A DNA stretch of 64,000 nt from Eledone cirrhosa (taxonomy: Eukaryota), in assembly GCA_964016885.1 (NCBI GenBank), contig OZ024741.1:33976001-34040000 (forward strand), given 5' to 3'. Below the pieces are notes generated by a model that saw nothing but the letters and a program-made list of their open reading frames with translations, was not told the DNA's origin and did no database searches. The position numbers and the translations under genes are program-made. Each line of letters opens with the position of its first letter. Positions within the stretch are counted from its first letter, which is position 1. Below are positions 25,701 through 37,845 of this stretch, piece after piece.

Positions 25701-28700
25701 TGTGTTACTGTGTGTATGTGTTACTGTGTGCATGTGTTACTGTGTGTATGTGTTACTGTGCGTATGTGTTACTGTGTGGATGTGTTACTGTGTGTCTGTG
25801 TTACTGTGTGTTACAGTGTGCATGTGTTATTGTGTGGATGTGTTACTGTGTGTCTGTGTTACTGTGTGTATGTATGTGTGTATGTGTTACTGTGTGGTTG
25901 TGTTACTGTGTGCATGTGTTACTGTGTGTGTGTGTTACTGTGTGTATGTGTTACTGTGTGTATGTGTTACTATGTGGATGTGTTACTGTGTGTGTGTGTT
26001 ACTGTGTGTGTGTGTTACTGTGTGTGTGTTACTGTTTATATGTGTTACTGTGTGTGTGTTACTGTTTATATGTGTTACTGTGTGTATGTGTTACTGTGTG
26101 TGTGCGTTAATGTGTGCATGTGTTACTGTGTGTCTCTGTTATAGTGTGTGTGTTACTGTGTGTATGTGTTACTTTGTGTACGTGTTACTGTGTGTCTGTG
26201 TTATAGTGTGCATGTGTTACTGTGTGTATGTGTTACTGTGTGTGTGTTACTGTGTGTCTCTGTTATAGTGTGTGTCTTTTACTGTGTGTGCGTGTTACTA
26301 TGTGTATGTGTTACTGTGTGTCTGTGTTATAGTGTGTATGTGTTACTGTGTGTGTGTGTTACTGTGTGTATGTGTTACTGTGTGCATGTGTTACTGTGTG
26401 CATGTGTTACTGTGTGTATGTGTTACTGTGTGTCTCTGTTATAGTGTGTGTCTGTTACTGTGTGTGTGTGTTACTGTGTGTATGTGTTACTGTGTGTGTG
26501 TGTTACTGTGTGCATGTGTTACTGTGTGCATGTGTTACTGTGTGTCTCTGTTATAGTGTGTGTGTGTTACTGTCTGTATGTGTTACTGTGTGCATGTGTT
26601 ACTGTGTGCATGTGTTACTGTGTGCATGTGTTACTGTGTGCATGTGTTACTGTGTGTATGTGTTACTGTGTGTGTGTGTTACTGTGTGTATGTGTTATTG
26701 TGTGTAAGTGTTACTGTGTGCATGTGTTACTGTGTGTAAGTGTTACTGTGTGTGTGTGTGTTACTGTGTGTATGTGTTTCTGTGTGTCTGTTACTGTGCG
26801 TGCGTGTTACTATGTGTTACCGTGTGTATGTGTTACTGTGTGTCTCTGTTACAGTGTGTGTGTTCGAGTTACTATGTGTTACTGTGTGATTTTGCTACTG
26901 TGTGTGTGTGTCACTATGTGTTACTGTGTGTGTGTTACTGTTTATATGTGTTACTGTGTGCATGTGTTACTGTGTGTATATGTTACTGTGTGTTGCTGTG
27001 TTACTGTGTGTATGTGTTACTGTGTGTGTTACCGTGTGTATGTGTTACTGTGTGTGTGTTACTATGTGTTACTGTGTATGTGTTACTGCGTGCATGTGTG
27101 GATGTGTTACTGTGTGTAAGTGTTGCTGAGTGTGTGTGTTACTGTGTGGATGTGTTACCGTGTGTATGTGTTACTGTGTGTATGTGTTACTTTGTGCATG
27201 TGTTACTGTGTGTATGTGTTACTGTGTGCATGTGTGTATGTGTTACTGTGTGCATGTGTTACTGTGTGTAAGTGTTACTGTGTGGATGTGTTACTGTGTG
27301 GATGTGTTACTGTGCGTGTGTTACTGCGTGTGTGTGTCACTGTGTGTGTGTTACTGTGTGGATGTGTTACTGTGTGTGTTACTGTGTTACTGTGTTACTG
27401 TGTGCATGTGTTACTGTGTGTATGTGTTACTGTGTGCATGTGTTACTGTGTGTATGTGTTACTGTGTGCATGTGTTACTGTGTGTGTGTGTTACTGTCTG
27501 CATGTGTTACTGTGTGTATGTGTTACTGTGTGTATGTGTGCATGTGTGCATGTGTTACTGTGTGTATGTGTTACTGTGTGTGTGTGTTACTGTGTGCATG
27601 TGTTACTGTGTGTCTCTGTTATAGTGTGTGCGTGTTACTATGTGTATGTGTTACTGTGTGTCTGTGTTATAGTGTGTATGTGTTACTGTGTGTGTGTGTT
27701 ACTGTGTGTCTGTGTTACTGTGTGCATGTGTTACTGTGTGCATGTGTTACTGTGTGCATGTGTTACTGTGTGTATGTGTTACTGTGTGTCTCTGTTATAG
27801 TGTGTGTCTGTTACTGTGTGTGTGTGTTACTGTGTGTATGTGTTACTGTGTGTGTGTGTTACTGTGTGTATGTGTTACTGTGTGTAAGTGTTACTGTGTG
27901 GATGTGTTACTGTGTGGATGTGTTACTGTGTGTATGTGTTACTGTGTGTATGTGTTACTGTGTGTATGTGTTACTGTGTGGATGTGTTACTGTGTGTGTG
28001 TTACTGTGTGTCTGTGTGTTACTGTGTGTGTGTGTTACTGTGTGTGTGTGTGTTACTGTGTGTCTCTGTATTACTGTGTGTGTGTGTTACTGTGTGTAAG
28101 TGTTACTGTGTGTATGTGTTACTGTGTGTATGTGTTACTGTGTGTATGTGTTACTGTGTGTGTGTGTGTTTGTGTTACTGTGTGGATGTTTTACTGAGTG
28201 TCTGTTACTGTGTGTTTGTGTTACTGTGTGTGTGTTTTACTGTGTGTGTGTGTTACTTTGTGTATGTGTTACTGTGTGATTGTGCTACTGTGTGTGTGTG
28301 TTACTATGTGTTACTGTGTGTATGTGTTACTGTGTGCATGTGTTACTGTGTGTGTGTGTTACTGTGTGGATGTGTTACTGTGTGTAAGTGTTACTGTGTG
28401 TGTGTGTTACTGTGTGTGTGTGTTCCTGTGTGTATATGTTACTGTGTGTATGTGTTACTGTGTGTGTGTGTTACTGTGTGTAAGTGTCACTGTGTGTATG
28501 TGTTACTGTGTGCATGTGTTACTGTGTGCATGTGTTACTGTGTGTATGTGTTACTGTGTGTATGTGTTACTGTGTGCATGTGTTACTGTGTGTGTGTGTG
28601 TTACTGTGTGTATGTGTTACTGTGTGGATGTGTTACTGTGTGTATGTGTTACTGTGTGTATGTGTTACTGTGTGTGTAAGTGTTACTGTGTGCATGTGTT

Positions 28701-30240
28701 ACTGTGTGTATGTGTTACTGTGTGCATGTGTTACTGTGTGTGTGTGTGTTACTGTGTGTATGTGTTACTGTGTGTATGTGTTACTGTGTGTATGTGTTAC
28801 TGTGTGTGTGTGTTACTGTGTGGATGTGTTACTGCGTGCATGTGTTACTGTGTGTATGTGTTACTGCGTGGATGTGTTACTGTGTGTGTGTGTTACTGTG
28901 TGTATGTGTTACTGTGTGGATGTGTTACTGTGTGTCTGTGTTACTGTGTGTAAGTGTTATTGTGTGTAAGTGTTACTGTGTGTGTGTGTTACTGTGTGTG
29001 TGTGTTACTGTGTGGATGTGTTACTGTGTGTATGTGTTACTGTGTGTATATTACTGTATGTAAGTGTTACTGTGTGTGTATGTTACTGTGTGTATGTGTT
29101 ACTGTGTGTGTGTGTTACTGTGTGTAAGTGATACTGTGTGTATGTGTTACTGTGTGTATATTACTGTGTGTATATTACTGTATGTAAGTGTTACTGTGTG
29201 TGTGTGTTACTGTGTGCATGTGTTACTGTGTGCATGTGTTACTGTGTGTGTGTGTTACTGTGTGTAAGTGTTACTGTGTGCATGTGTTACTGTGTGCATG
29301 TGTTACTGTGTGTGTGTGTTACTGTGTGCATGTGTTACTGTGTGTATGTATTACTGTGTGTGTGTTACTGTGTGTATATTACTGTATGTAAGTGTTACTG
29401 TGTGTGTGTGTTACTGTGTGTAAGTGATACTGTGTGTATGTGTTACTGTGTGCATGTGTTACTGTGTGTATGTGTTACTGTGTGGATGTGTTACTGTGTG
29501 TGTGTGTTACTGTGTGTAAGTGTTACTGTGTGTGTGTGTGACTGTGTGCATGTGTTACTGTGTGTATGTGTTACTGTGTGCATGTGTTACTGTGTGCATG
29601 TGTTACTGTGTGTGTGTGTGTTACTGTGTGTATGTGTTACTGTGTGCATGTGTTATTGTGTGTGTGTGTGTTACTGTGTGCATGTGTTACTGTGTGTGTG
29701 TGTGTTACTGTGTGGATGTGTTACTGTGTGTATGTGTTACTGTGTGTAAGTGTTACTGTGTGTATGTGTTACTGTGTGTATGGGTTACTGTGTGTGTGTT
29801 ACTGTGTGGATGCGTTACGGTGCGTGTGTGTTACTGTGCGTGTGTGTTACTGTGTGTATGTGTTACTGTGTGTGTGTTACTGTGTGTGTGTTACTGTGTG
29901 TATGTGTTACTGTGTGTGTGTGTTACTGTGCGTGTGTGTTACTGTGGGTATGTGTTACTGTGTGGATGTGTTACTGTGTGCATGTGTTACTGTGTGCATG
30001 TGTTACTGTGCGTGTGTGTTACTGTGTATGTGTTACTGTGTGCATGTGTTGCTGTGTGTGTGTGTTACTGTTTGTGTGTGTGTGTTACTGTGTGCATGTG
30101 TTACTGTGTGTATGTGTTACTGTGTGCATGTGTTATTGTGTGGATGTGTTACTGTGTGTCTGTGTTACTGTGTGCATGTGTTACAGTGTGTATGTGTTAC
30201 TGTGTGTGTGTTACTGTGTGTATGTGTGTTACTGTGTGTA
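13720..30240. repeat. 16-bp satellite array (GTTACTGTGTGTATGT)n, ~16.5 kb, about 1000 units
   Basis: TTAC recurs mainly every 16 bp (some 14 or 18); the ORF track shows a 16-aa (3-unit) periodicity in all three + frames. Confidence 0.98.
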
Positions 30241-30808
30241 TGTGTGTGTCTGAATATCTGTTAGCATATGTGTGTGTTATTATGTCTGTATGCTTGTTTG
30301 TGTGTGTATATGTATCCATATGTATGTATATGCTCATATGAGTGTTAGTGTGTGCATATGTGTGTCTCAATATATCTATGTGTGCATGTGTGTGTCTGTG
30401 TTCCTGTGTGCATATGTGTCTGTGTTCCTCTGTGCATGTGTGTCTCTGTGTTCCTGTGTGCATAAGAGTTTGCATATGTGTGTGTGTGTGTTTGTGTGTG
30501 TATACATATGTATGTGTATGTTCATATGAGTGCGTGTGTGTGTGAAGAAATCTGTATGTGTGTGCGTGTGTGTGTCAACATGTGTGTATGTGTGTATGTG
30601 TGTATGTATGTGTGTGTGTGTGAGAGTGTCAACATATCTGTATGTGTGTATGTGTGCCTCTTCTTCTGATTAAAGGAATTATAATTATATTAAGCTGTGG
30701 TTGTAAAGTACTGGCAGGATATCACACAGTGATATCGTGTGATGATTCTAAAAAAATAATATCAAGTTGTGATAGGCAATAAAATACTGATATAGATGTG
30801 TTGCAATT

Positions 30809-31030
30809 GATATCACACTGTTATATAAATGGTGGATATCAAGGTATAGTCCTCCATAAATTACATTTACTGCAATAGTTTCATTGATCACACTGTTATG
30901 TAAATGGTAGATATCAAGCTATGGTCCTCCATAATTACAGGTATTACAATCGTTTGATATCACACTGTTACGTAAATGGTGGATATCAAGCTATGAGCCT
31001 CAACAAATTACAGGTACTGCAATAGTTTAA
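30809..31030. repeat. Three tandem copies of a 72-75-bp unit
   Basis: TCACACTGTTA..TAAATGGT(G/A)GATATCAAG at ~30813, ~30888 and ~30960. Confidence 0.88.
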
Positions 31031-31436
31031 CACATTTCTTACCATATTTTTAATAAAACACAGAACCTATGATTTTCAAAACATTTTGAAAATTCTTAGA
31101 ATTTGAAGGGAACTCTCTCTCTCTCTCTCTCTCTCTCTCAAACAGGACTATTTATGTTTGGTTTTCTACGGCTGGATGTCCTTCCTAATGTCAATATATA
31201 CATACATACATACACTAATATACAGGTGTCTTATATATTACATTAATGTATATATATATAAACGGAAAAAATGAAACGAAATTTCGTTTCCCACATTTGT
31301 TTACAAACACACCGAGCATTATAATAAATGTTCGGTGAATCCATACGTACATATATATATACATTGGGCTATATAAGCACGCACAGACACACATACAGAA
31401 ATACATATACAAGTATATATATGTGTGTGTCTGCAT

Positions 31437-31737
31437 ATCATCATCATCATCATCATCATCGTTTAACGTCCATATTCCACGCTTGCATGGGTTTGGACGG
31501 GAGTTTTCCCACTTGAGGCAAGAGTGGTTGTCTTGCTCGCATAGGACTGTCTGGTGGGTTTGCTACGCTGGATGCCCTTCTAACACCAACCACATTTACA
31601 GTGTGGAACTGGGAGGTTTTTACCGTGTTGCCTACACGGCCACATTACAGCGTGGACTGTGTGTTTTTTTGTCGTGACACCTACACGATCTCATTTGTTT
31701 CGGGCTGGATGTTGTGGCACCAACATAACTTTACATA
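31437..31737 (-). mobile_element. RTE 3'UTR, subfamily shared with 54829-55625 and 59812-60435
   Basis: Near-identical to 54829-55130. Confidence 0.9.
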
Positions 31738-31814
31738 TATATATATATATTTATATATATATGAAAAGTATAGAAATTATTGTAGCAAGAAGCCAACAGT
31801 ATTCCATATATATA

Positions 31815-31865
<51 letters not shown>

Positions 31866-31869
<4 letters not shown>

Positions 31870-31999
31870 GCATACGTCAAAACGGCCGGTCGCAAAAGTG
31901 AAACTAATATTTGACAGTTACGTACGTCATTTCTTTCAATTTGGATTGTGAAATTGTTTGTTTTTTTACAATATATATATGCCACATATATATATATAT

Positions 32000-32064
<65 letters not shown>

Positions 32065-32101
32065 GAAAGTATAGAAATAATTGTGAGCGTGAAGCCAACA
32101 G

Positions 32102-32140
<39 letters not shown>

Positions 32141-32355
32141 TGTATATACATACATATATAATGTGTGTGTGTATATACATATATATGTGTGTATGTATAT
32201 ATATACGCATATGTATACATATATGTATGTATGCATATATATATATATAGGCATAAAAAACAAACAATTTCACAATCCAAAATTAAAATAATGACGTACG
32301 TAACTGTCAAAAATTAGTTTCACTTTTGCGACCGGCCGTTTTGACGTATGCCTAT
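31866..32355. mobile_element. Pair of ~105-bp inverted arms (MITE-like) in (TA)n
   Basis: ATAGGCATACGTCAAAACGGCCGGTCGCAAAAGTGAAACTAAT... at 31866-31967 is reverse-complemented at ~32255-32355; microsatellite spacer. Confidence 0.8.
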
Positions 32356-32377
32356 ATATTATATATATATATTACAC

Positions 32378-32582
32378 TAATATAAGATCAAAAGATGGTT
32401 AAAGGAGTTCCATGTATTTTATTATGCGCACGCATAATAAAATACATGGAACTCCGTTAACCATCTTTTGATCTTATATTATGTATACTCCAGTCCTACA
32501 AACTGTATAGTGCTTCTTATCCGATATCTGCATTGCTTTATTGTACTACAATAAAACTCACCTCCTACATTATATTACACTA

Positions 32583-32587
<5 letters not shown>
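32378..32587. mobile_element. Hairpin-ended insert with flanking direct repeat
   Basis: 51-bp arms 32378-32428/32431-32481 (1 mismatch); TATATTACACTAATATA at 32368-32384 and 32571-32587. Confidence 0.75.
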
Positions 32588-32613
<26 letters not shown>

Positions 32614-32961
32614 TTTATGTTGCCAGATTCAAAACTGTATCAGAAAAGCTGGATGTCAAGTGGCCTCGTGGACGCAGACACACGCGCGCGCACACACACA
32701 GAGCCACACACATGCACATAGAGACACACGCGCGCGCACACACACAGACGCAAACACATCCATTGATATATGTGACAAATCAAATTGTATCAAGATCAAT
32801 TGTCAAGTGGTCAGGCCAAGTATATATATATATATATATATATAGATATGTGTGTGTACATATACATACATAGACTTATATAAATATACTTATACGCACA
32901 CTTTTATACATATATATATACATGAAATAAAGACGATGACATCATCACATCTTATTAAACT

Positions 32962-34828
32962 GTGATGGTGGTGGTAATGGTGTTGGTGGTGTTGATGGTA
33001 GTGTTGTTGTGTTGGAGGTGGTGGTAATGGTGTTGGTGGTGTTGATGGTAGTGTTGTTGTGTTGGAGGTGGTGGTGTTGATGGTGTTGGTGGTAGTGTTG
33101 TTGTGTTGGAGGCGGTGGTGGTAATGGTGTTGGTGGTGTTGATGGTAGTGTTGTTGTGTTGGAGGTGGTGGTGTTGATGGTGTTGGTGGTAGTGTTGTTG
33201 TGTTGGAGGCGGTGGTGGTAATGCTGTTGGTGGTGTTGATGGTAGTGTTGTTGTGTTGGAGGTGGTGGTGTTGATGGTGTTGGTGGTAGTGTTGTTGTGT
33301 TGGAGGTGGTGGTGGTAATGGTGTTGGTGGTAGTGTTGTTGTGTTGGAGGCGGTGGTGGTAATGCTGTTGGTGGTAGTGTTGTTGTGTTGGAGGCGGTGG
33401 TGGTAATGCTGTTGGTGGTGTTGATGGTAGTGTTGTTGTGTTGGAGGTGGTGGTGTTGATGGTGTTGGTGGTAGTGTTGTTGTGTTGGAGGTGGTGGTGT
33501 TGATGGTGTTGGTGGTAGTGTTGTTGTGTTGGAGGTGGTGGTGGTGGTGGTGGTGGTGTTGATGGTAGTGCTGTTGTGTTGGAGGTGGTGGTGTTGATGG
33601 TAGTGCTGTTGTGTTGGAGGTGGTGGTGTTGATGGTAGTGCTGTTGTGTTGGAGGTGGTGGTGTTGATGGTAGTGCTGTTGTGTTGGAGGTGGTGGTGTT
33701 GATGGTAGTGCTGTTGTGTTGGAGGTGGTGGTGTTGATGGTAGTGTTGTTGTGTTGGAGGTGGTGGTGTTGATGGTGTTGGTGGTAGTGCTGTTGTGTTG
33801 GAGGTGGTGGTGGTAATGGTGTTGATGGTAGTGTTGTTGTGTTGGAGTTGGTGGTGGTAATGGTGTTGATGGTAGTGTTGTTGTGTTGGAGGTGGTGGTG
33901 GTAATGGTGTTGGTGGTAGTGTTGTTGTGTTGGAGGTGGTGGTGGTAATGGTGTTGGTGGTGTTGGTGGTAGTGTTGTTGTGTTGGAGGCGGTGGTGGTA
34001 ATGGTGTTGATGGTAGTGTTGTTGTGTTGGAGGTGGTGGTGGTGGTGTTGATGGTAGTGTTGTTGTGTTGGAGGTGGTGGTGGTAATGGTGTTGGTGGTA
34101 GTGTTGTTGTGTTGGTGGTGGTAATGGTGTTGGTGGTAGTGTTGTTGTGTTGGAGGTGGTGGTGGTAATGGTGTTGGTGGTAGTGTTGTTGTGTTGGTGG
34201 TGGTGGTGGTAATGCTGTTGGTGGTAGTGTTGTTGTGTTGGAGGTGGTGGTGGTAATGGTGTTGGTGGTAGTGTTGTTGTGTTGGAGGCGGTGGTGGTAA
34301 TGCTGTTGGTGGTGTTGGTGGTAGTGTTGTTGTGTTGGAGGCGGTGGTGGTAATGGTGTTGGTGGTAGTGCTGTTGTGTTGGAGGTGGTGGTGGTGGCGT
34401 TGTTGATGGTAGTGTTGTTGTGTTGGAGGTGGTGGTGTTGATGGTAGTGCTGTTGTGTTGGAGGTGGTGGTGGTGGTGGTGGTGTTGATGGTAGTGTTGT
34501 TGTGTTGGTGGTGGTGGTGTTGTTGTGTTGGTGGTGGTGGTGTTGATGGTAGTGTTGTTGTGTTGGAGGTGGTGGTGGTGTTGTTGATGGTAGTGTTGTT
34601 GTGTTGGAGGTGGTGGTGGTGGTGATGGTAGTGTTGTTGTGTTGGAGGTGGTGGTGGTGGTGTTGATGGTAGTGCTGTTGTGTTGGTGGTGTTGTGTTGG
34701 AGGTGGTGGTGGTGTTGATGTGTTGGAGGTGGTGGTGGTGGTGTTGATGTGATGGTAGTGGTGATGGTGGTGGTGGTGGTGTTGGTGCTGTTGTTGTGAT
34801 GGTGGTTGTTGTTGTTGGTAGTGGTGGT
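32962..34828. repeat. GGT/GTT-derived minisatellite with core GGTAGTGTTGTTGTGTTGGAGG
   Basis: Core recurs at variable spacing (about 32-53 bp), differing by whole trinucleotides. Confidence 0.95.
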
Positions 34829-34953
34829 CGAGTCAGGAGATGAGACTTAGGGAGGCTGTTAGAATATTCCAGAACTGAATAACTAGATAGCTAACATTCA
34901 ATCCTACCTATCTGTCTATCTCTCTCATTTATCTGTCTATCGACCTATCTATC

Positions 34954-35738
34954 AAGGCGTGGAGGAAGACGAACTGGCCAGTCTGTTTCGGTAGGACCTT
35001 CCGCCCAGGACCGATGGACACCTTCCAAAAGTCTCTGGCCTGGCAGTGCTACCGAGGAGCTCTACCAGTTCGAGACAAGCTTTACAGACATGGGCGTCTG
35101 GGCAGGGACACTTCGAAAAAGATCTGTCCGAGATGTGTGTGAGACGAAGAAACCGTCGCACACGCATTCATACACTGCCCGGGTGTTACCGACCTGTGGG
35201 GCTATGTAGAACGACTATTGTCGCGGGTGGGACCAATCCAGTTGACAATCGAGTCCATTGTCATGATCAAACCGCCACCCTCCTCCAAAAATGAAGGAGA
35301 GGCGGTTTTCCTTTGTGTGGTAGCTATGGCGAAAGAGGTTGTATGGTGGACAAGGTTGAAAGGGCTGAGGTCAGACACCTTTCTCTCCGGCCAACAACTG
35401 ATTCTTTTTTTCAAATACCACTTTGGAAGAAGAATCAGGATGGAGAAAGAGGTGCTGTACACCAGCAAATTTTATGAAAGGTGGGTGAAAGTGGCGAGAA
35501 TGGCCCGAGTGAATGGGCCTTCTCTCTATATCAGACTGTAGGTTGAGGAAAAAGAGGAAGAGAGGAAAGGAGTACAAACTCTTCGTACTCCTGGAGATGA
35601 GGGTTGCACATTTTTTTCGGGGGTATGACTATTGGGGAAAATCGATTAACTTTTAATTTACATTTGTGATAATATTTTACACGTTTTTATTGTATGTAAA
35701 CTCCCCTCTTTGTAATTATCCCCTTCTTTTGTGCCCCT
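34954..35738 (+). mobile_element. Tx1/L1-clade non-LTR retrotransposon, 5'-truncated ORF2 C-terminus and 3'UTR
   Basis: One frame reads FQKSLAWQCYRGALPVRDKLYRHG...CPRCV*DEETVAHAFIHCP...AMAKEVVWWTR...FYERW to the stop at 35541: CCHC knuckle typical of L1/Tx1 ORF2, with a single premature TGA. Confidence 0.88.
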
Positions 35739-35978
35739 GAAGCATGGAACAAATTAGCTGTCGAGACACTGCATCCTTTAAAACCTCCATGCTTCCTGAG
35801 ATTCGCGAACACTATACCTGATATCCCCACTCCATACACATGCACACATGTATTTCATGACTCGTACACTGTTCATTTTCTTGACATTTGTAAATTATTC
35901 TATGTACTATACATGCACCTTTGATGAGTTGTAGTGCACCTGAGCACTGTACAGAATAATTTCATTATTATTATTATA
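35739..35978 (+). mobile_element. CR1-type LINE 3' end with (ATT)n tail
   Basis: GAAGCATGGAACAA...GACACTGCATCCTTTAAAAC...GTGCACCTGAGCACTGTAC, matching 62099-62562. Confidence 0.8.
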
Positions 35979-36194
35979 ATTTCTAGTTATGTACTTTTTT
36001 TTGACATGTATAATGTTTTTTAATGTTTAAAGAAAATTAATCCTCACAGGAATGCTACCACTTAAAATAAGATTTCACCAGAGATAGATTAGCAAAATTT
36101 GATGTTGGAATAAGAGTGGGGGAGGAGAGGTGTGTGGAAAAAATTGGAAAAATTAATAGTGAGTGGGGAGAGGATTATTTGTGGTCCGAGAGTA
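35978..36194. mobile_element. Right portion of the pogo-like MITE family
   Basis: Collinear with 43255-43479 and 8660-8838; ends ...CCGAGAGTA. Confidence 0.65.
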
Positions 36195-36209
36195 TGTGTT
36201 ACTTTAGTT

Positions 36210-36590
36210 ATCATCATTATTATCATTTTTATATCATGGGTTGGACAACTCTTCTCTTGCACAGTTTTTCTCCAATTGTCACATTCCTTTATCATCATCA
36301 TTGTAAGATTCAGCTCTCATCACTTCTGCCCAACTTTTCTTAGATGTCCTTCAATTCTTTCTAACAACCAGACATACTCCTTCATTCAATGTCCATGTCT
36401 TACTCCCACAGACAATTGTTCTTTCTATACTGGCAACATATTATCCATTCTTTGTCTAGAGAGAGAATCCCTTTGTTCCCAGGTAATGGTTCCCTGAACA
36501 TTTTCTATTCCATTCTGATTATGGCTACTATACTTTCAGTGCACCTCCCTCCACTGCTAATGTGATCAGCTAGTAACAGAGGCTGTCATC
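36210..36590 (-). mobile_element. Heavily decayed RTE fragment
   Basis: (CAT)-type tail; minus strand gives SSGGRCTESIVAIIRME.KMFRE, similar to 63085-63155. Confidence 0.55.
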
Positions 36591-36633
36591 AACTACACTT
36601 TTTTTTTACTGAGAAAATTAATTTAAAAAAAAA

Positions 36634-36930
36634 AATGAAAATTGTGTACAGTGCTCAGGTGCACTAAAACTCATCAAAGGTGCATGTATAGTACATAGAA
36701 TAATGTACAAATGTCAGGAAAGTGAACAGTGTATGGGTCATGATATACACACAGACACACACACAGGCATACATGCATGCGTGAGAGTGAATATTAGGTG
36801 AAGTGTTAGCGAATTTCGGGAAGCTTTGAAGGATGCAGTGTCCCAACAGCTAACAACTGATGTAGGTAGTTTGTTCCATGCTTCAGCAACTCTGAGTGTG
36901 AAAAAATGTTTCCGAAAATCATGGAGCTTT
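36634..36930 (-). mobile_element. CR1-type LINE 3' end
   Basis: Minus strand reads DFRKHFFTLRVAEAWNKLPTSVVSCWDTASFK plus the shared 3'UTR. Confidence 0.85.
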
Positions 36931-37109
36931 CCTCGGATTGTAAAGAATTTGTTTCACTGGTGCTCTTACTACTAACAATTCCTGTGTATCTGCCACTCAC
37001 AAAATCTATTTTAGCCTGCCTCTGATTTATTTACATCTGTTGTGCATCCAAAGTTTACATCTGTTGTGCATTGTATGAAATTTCTGCCTACTTCTTTTCT
37101 GCAGATTGA

Positions 37110-37547
37110 GCATCATCATTTTAACACCTGCTTCCCTGCTAGCAAGGGTTGGACCGGTCTACACAGACTAAGTCAGTACTGAAGTAGTGGCTACTGACCT
37201 CCCAGACAAGCCAGGGATCTGTTCTACTTATGTATGGTCTCACATTCTACCAAGTACATAGGGGGAGGTTGTCGTGTCTTTGACACAACTGAGGGTCCTC
37301 ACAACTCTTTATTTGGCAGGTTTTCTACGACTGGATACCCTTCCCATCACCAACCACATCACAAGGGGGCAGCAGCTAAGAACATACCTGATATCCCCCC
37401 TCCATACACACGCACACATGTATTTCACGACTCGTACACTGTTCATTTTCCTGACATTTGTACATTATTCTATGTACTATACATGCACCTTTGATGAGTT
37501 GTAGTGCACCTGAGCACAGTACACAACAATTTCATTCATTATTATTA
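37110..37547. mobile_element. RTE 3'UTR fragment (37110-37365, minus) abutting a CR1 tail (37385-37547, plus)
   Basis: Matches to the families above. Confidence 0.7.
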
Positions 37548-37728
37548 ACATGTGTGGGAAGGAGGTATGGGTAGTGTGCAGTGAGAGGGGCTGTAGTGGT
37601 GTTGAGGATAGTTGATAGCCAGTGGTGGTGGAAGTGATGTCAAGGGTCAGAGGTCAGACCACATTGTATGTTGCAGGTCGGCTTATTATTGTTATTGTTG
37701 TCTTTAATGTTGCTTTTCTTTTTCCAGA

Positions 37729-37845
37729 ATGGATGAGGATGACTATAAAAGTGCCAGTGATGTGGAGGTTGACAGTGATAATGATGATCATGATGCTGAA
37801 CATGAACTGGGCAACTGGTTAGGACAGTTTGATTCTAACAAAATG
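37729..37845 (+). CDS. Coding exon, probably the first coding exon of an MRL-family (Ras-association/PH-domain; lamellipodin/RAPH1/pico-like) adaptor
   Basis: Polypyrimidine tract TTGCTTTTCTTTTTCCAG, exon start 37728, ATG at 37729, donor ATG|GTAAGT at 37846 (phase 0). 39 codons MDEDDYKSASDVEVDSDNDDHDAEHELGNWLGQFDSNKM resemble, from memory, the RAPH1 N-terminus DSDKEDQDLDKMFGAWLGELD. The exon is well supported; the family call rests on a short motif. Confidence 0.72.

Noticed and set aside
13644-30341. Giant Cys/Val-rich ORFs (up to 2019 aa)
   Set aside because: The 16-bp unit lacks + strand stops, so all three frames are open; satellite artefact
31272-31290. 18-bp perfect palindrome GAAACGAAATTTCGTTTC
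   Set aside because: Too short and isolated to assign a function
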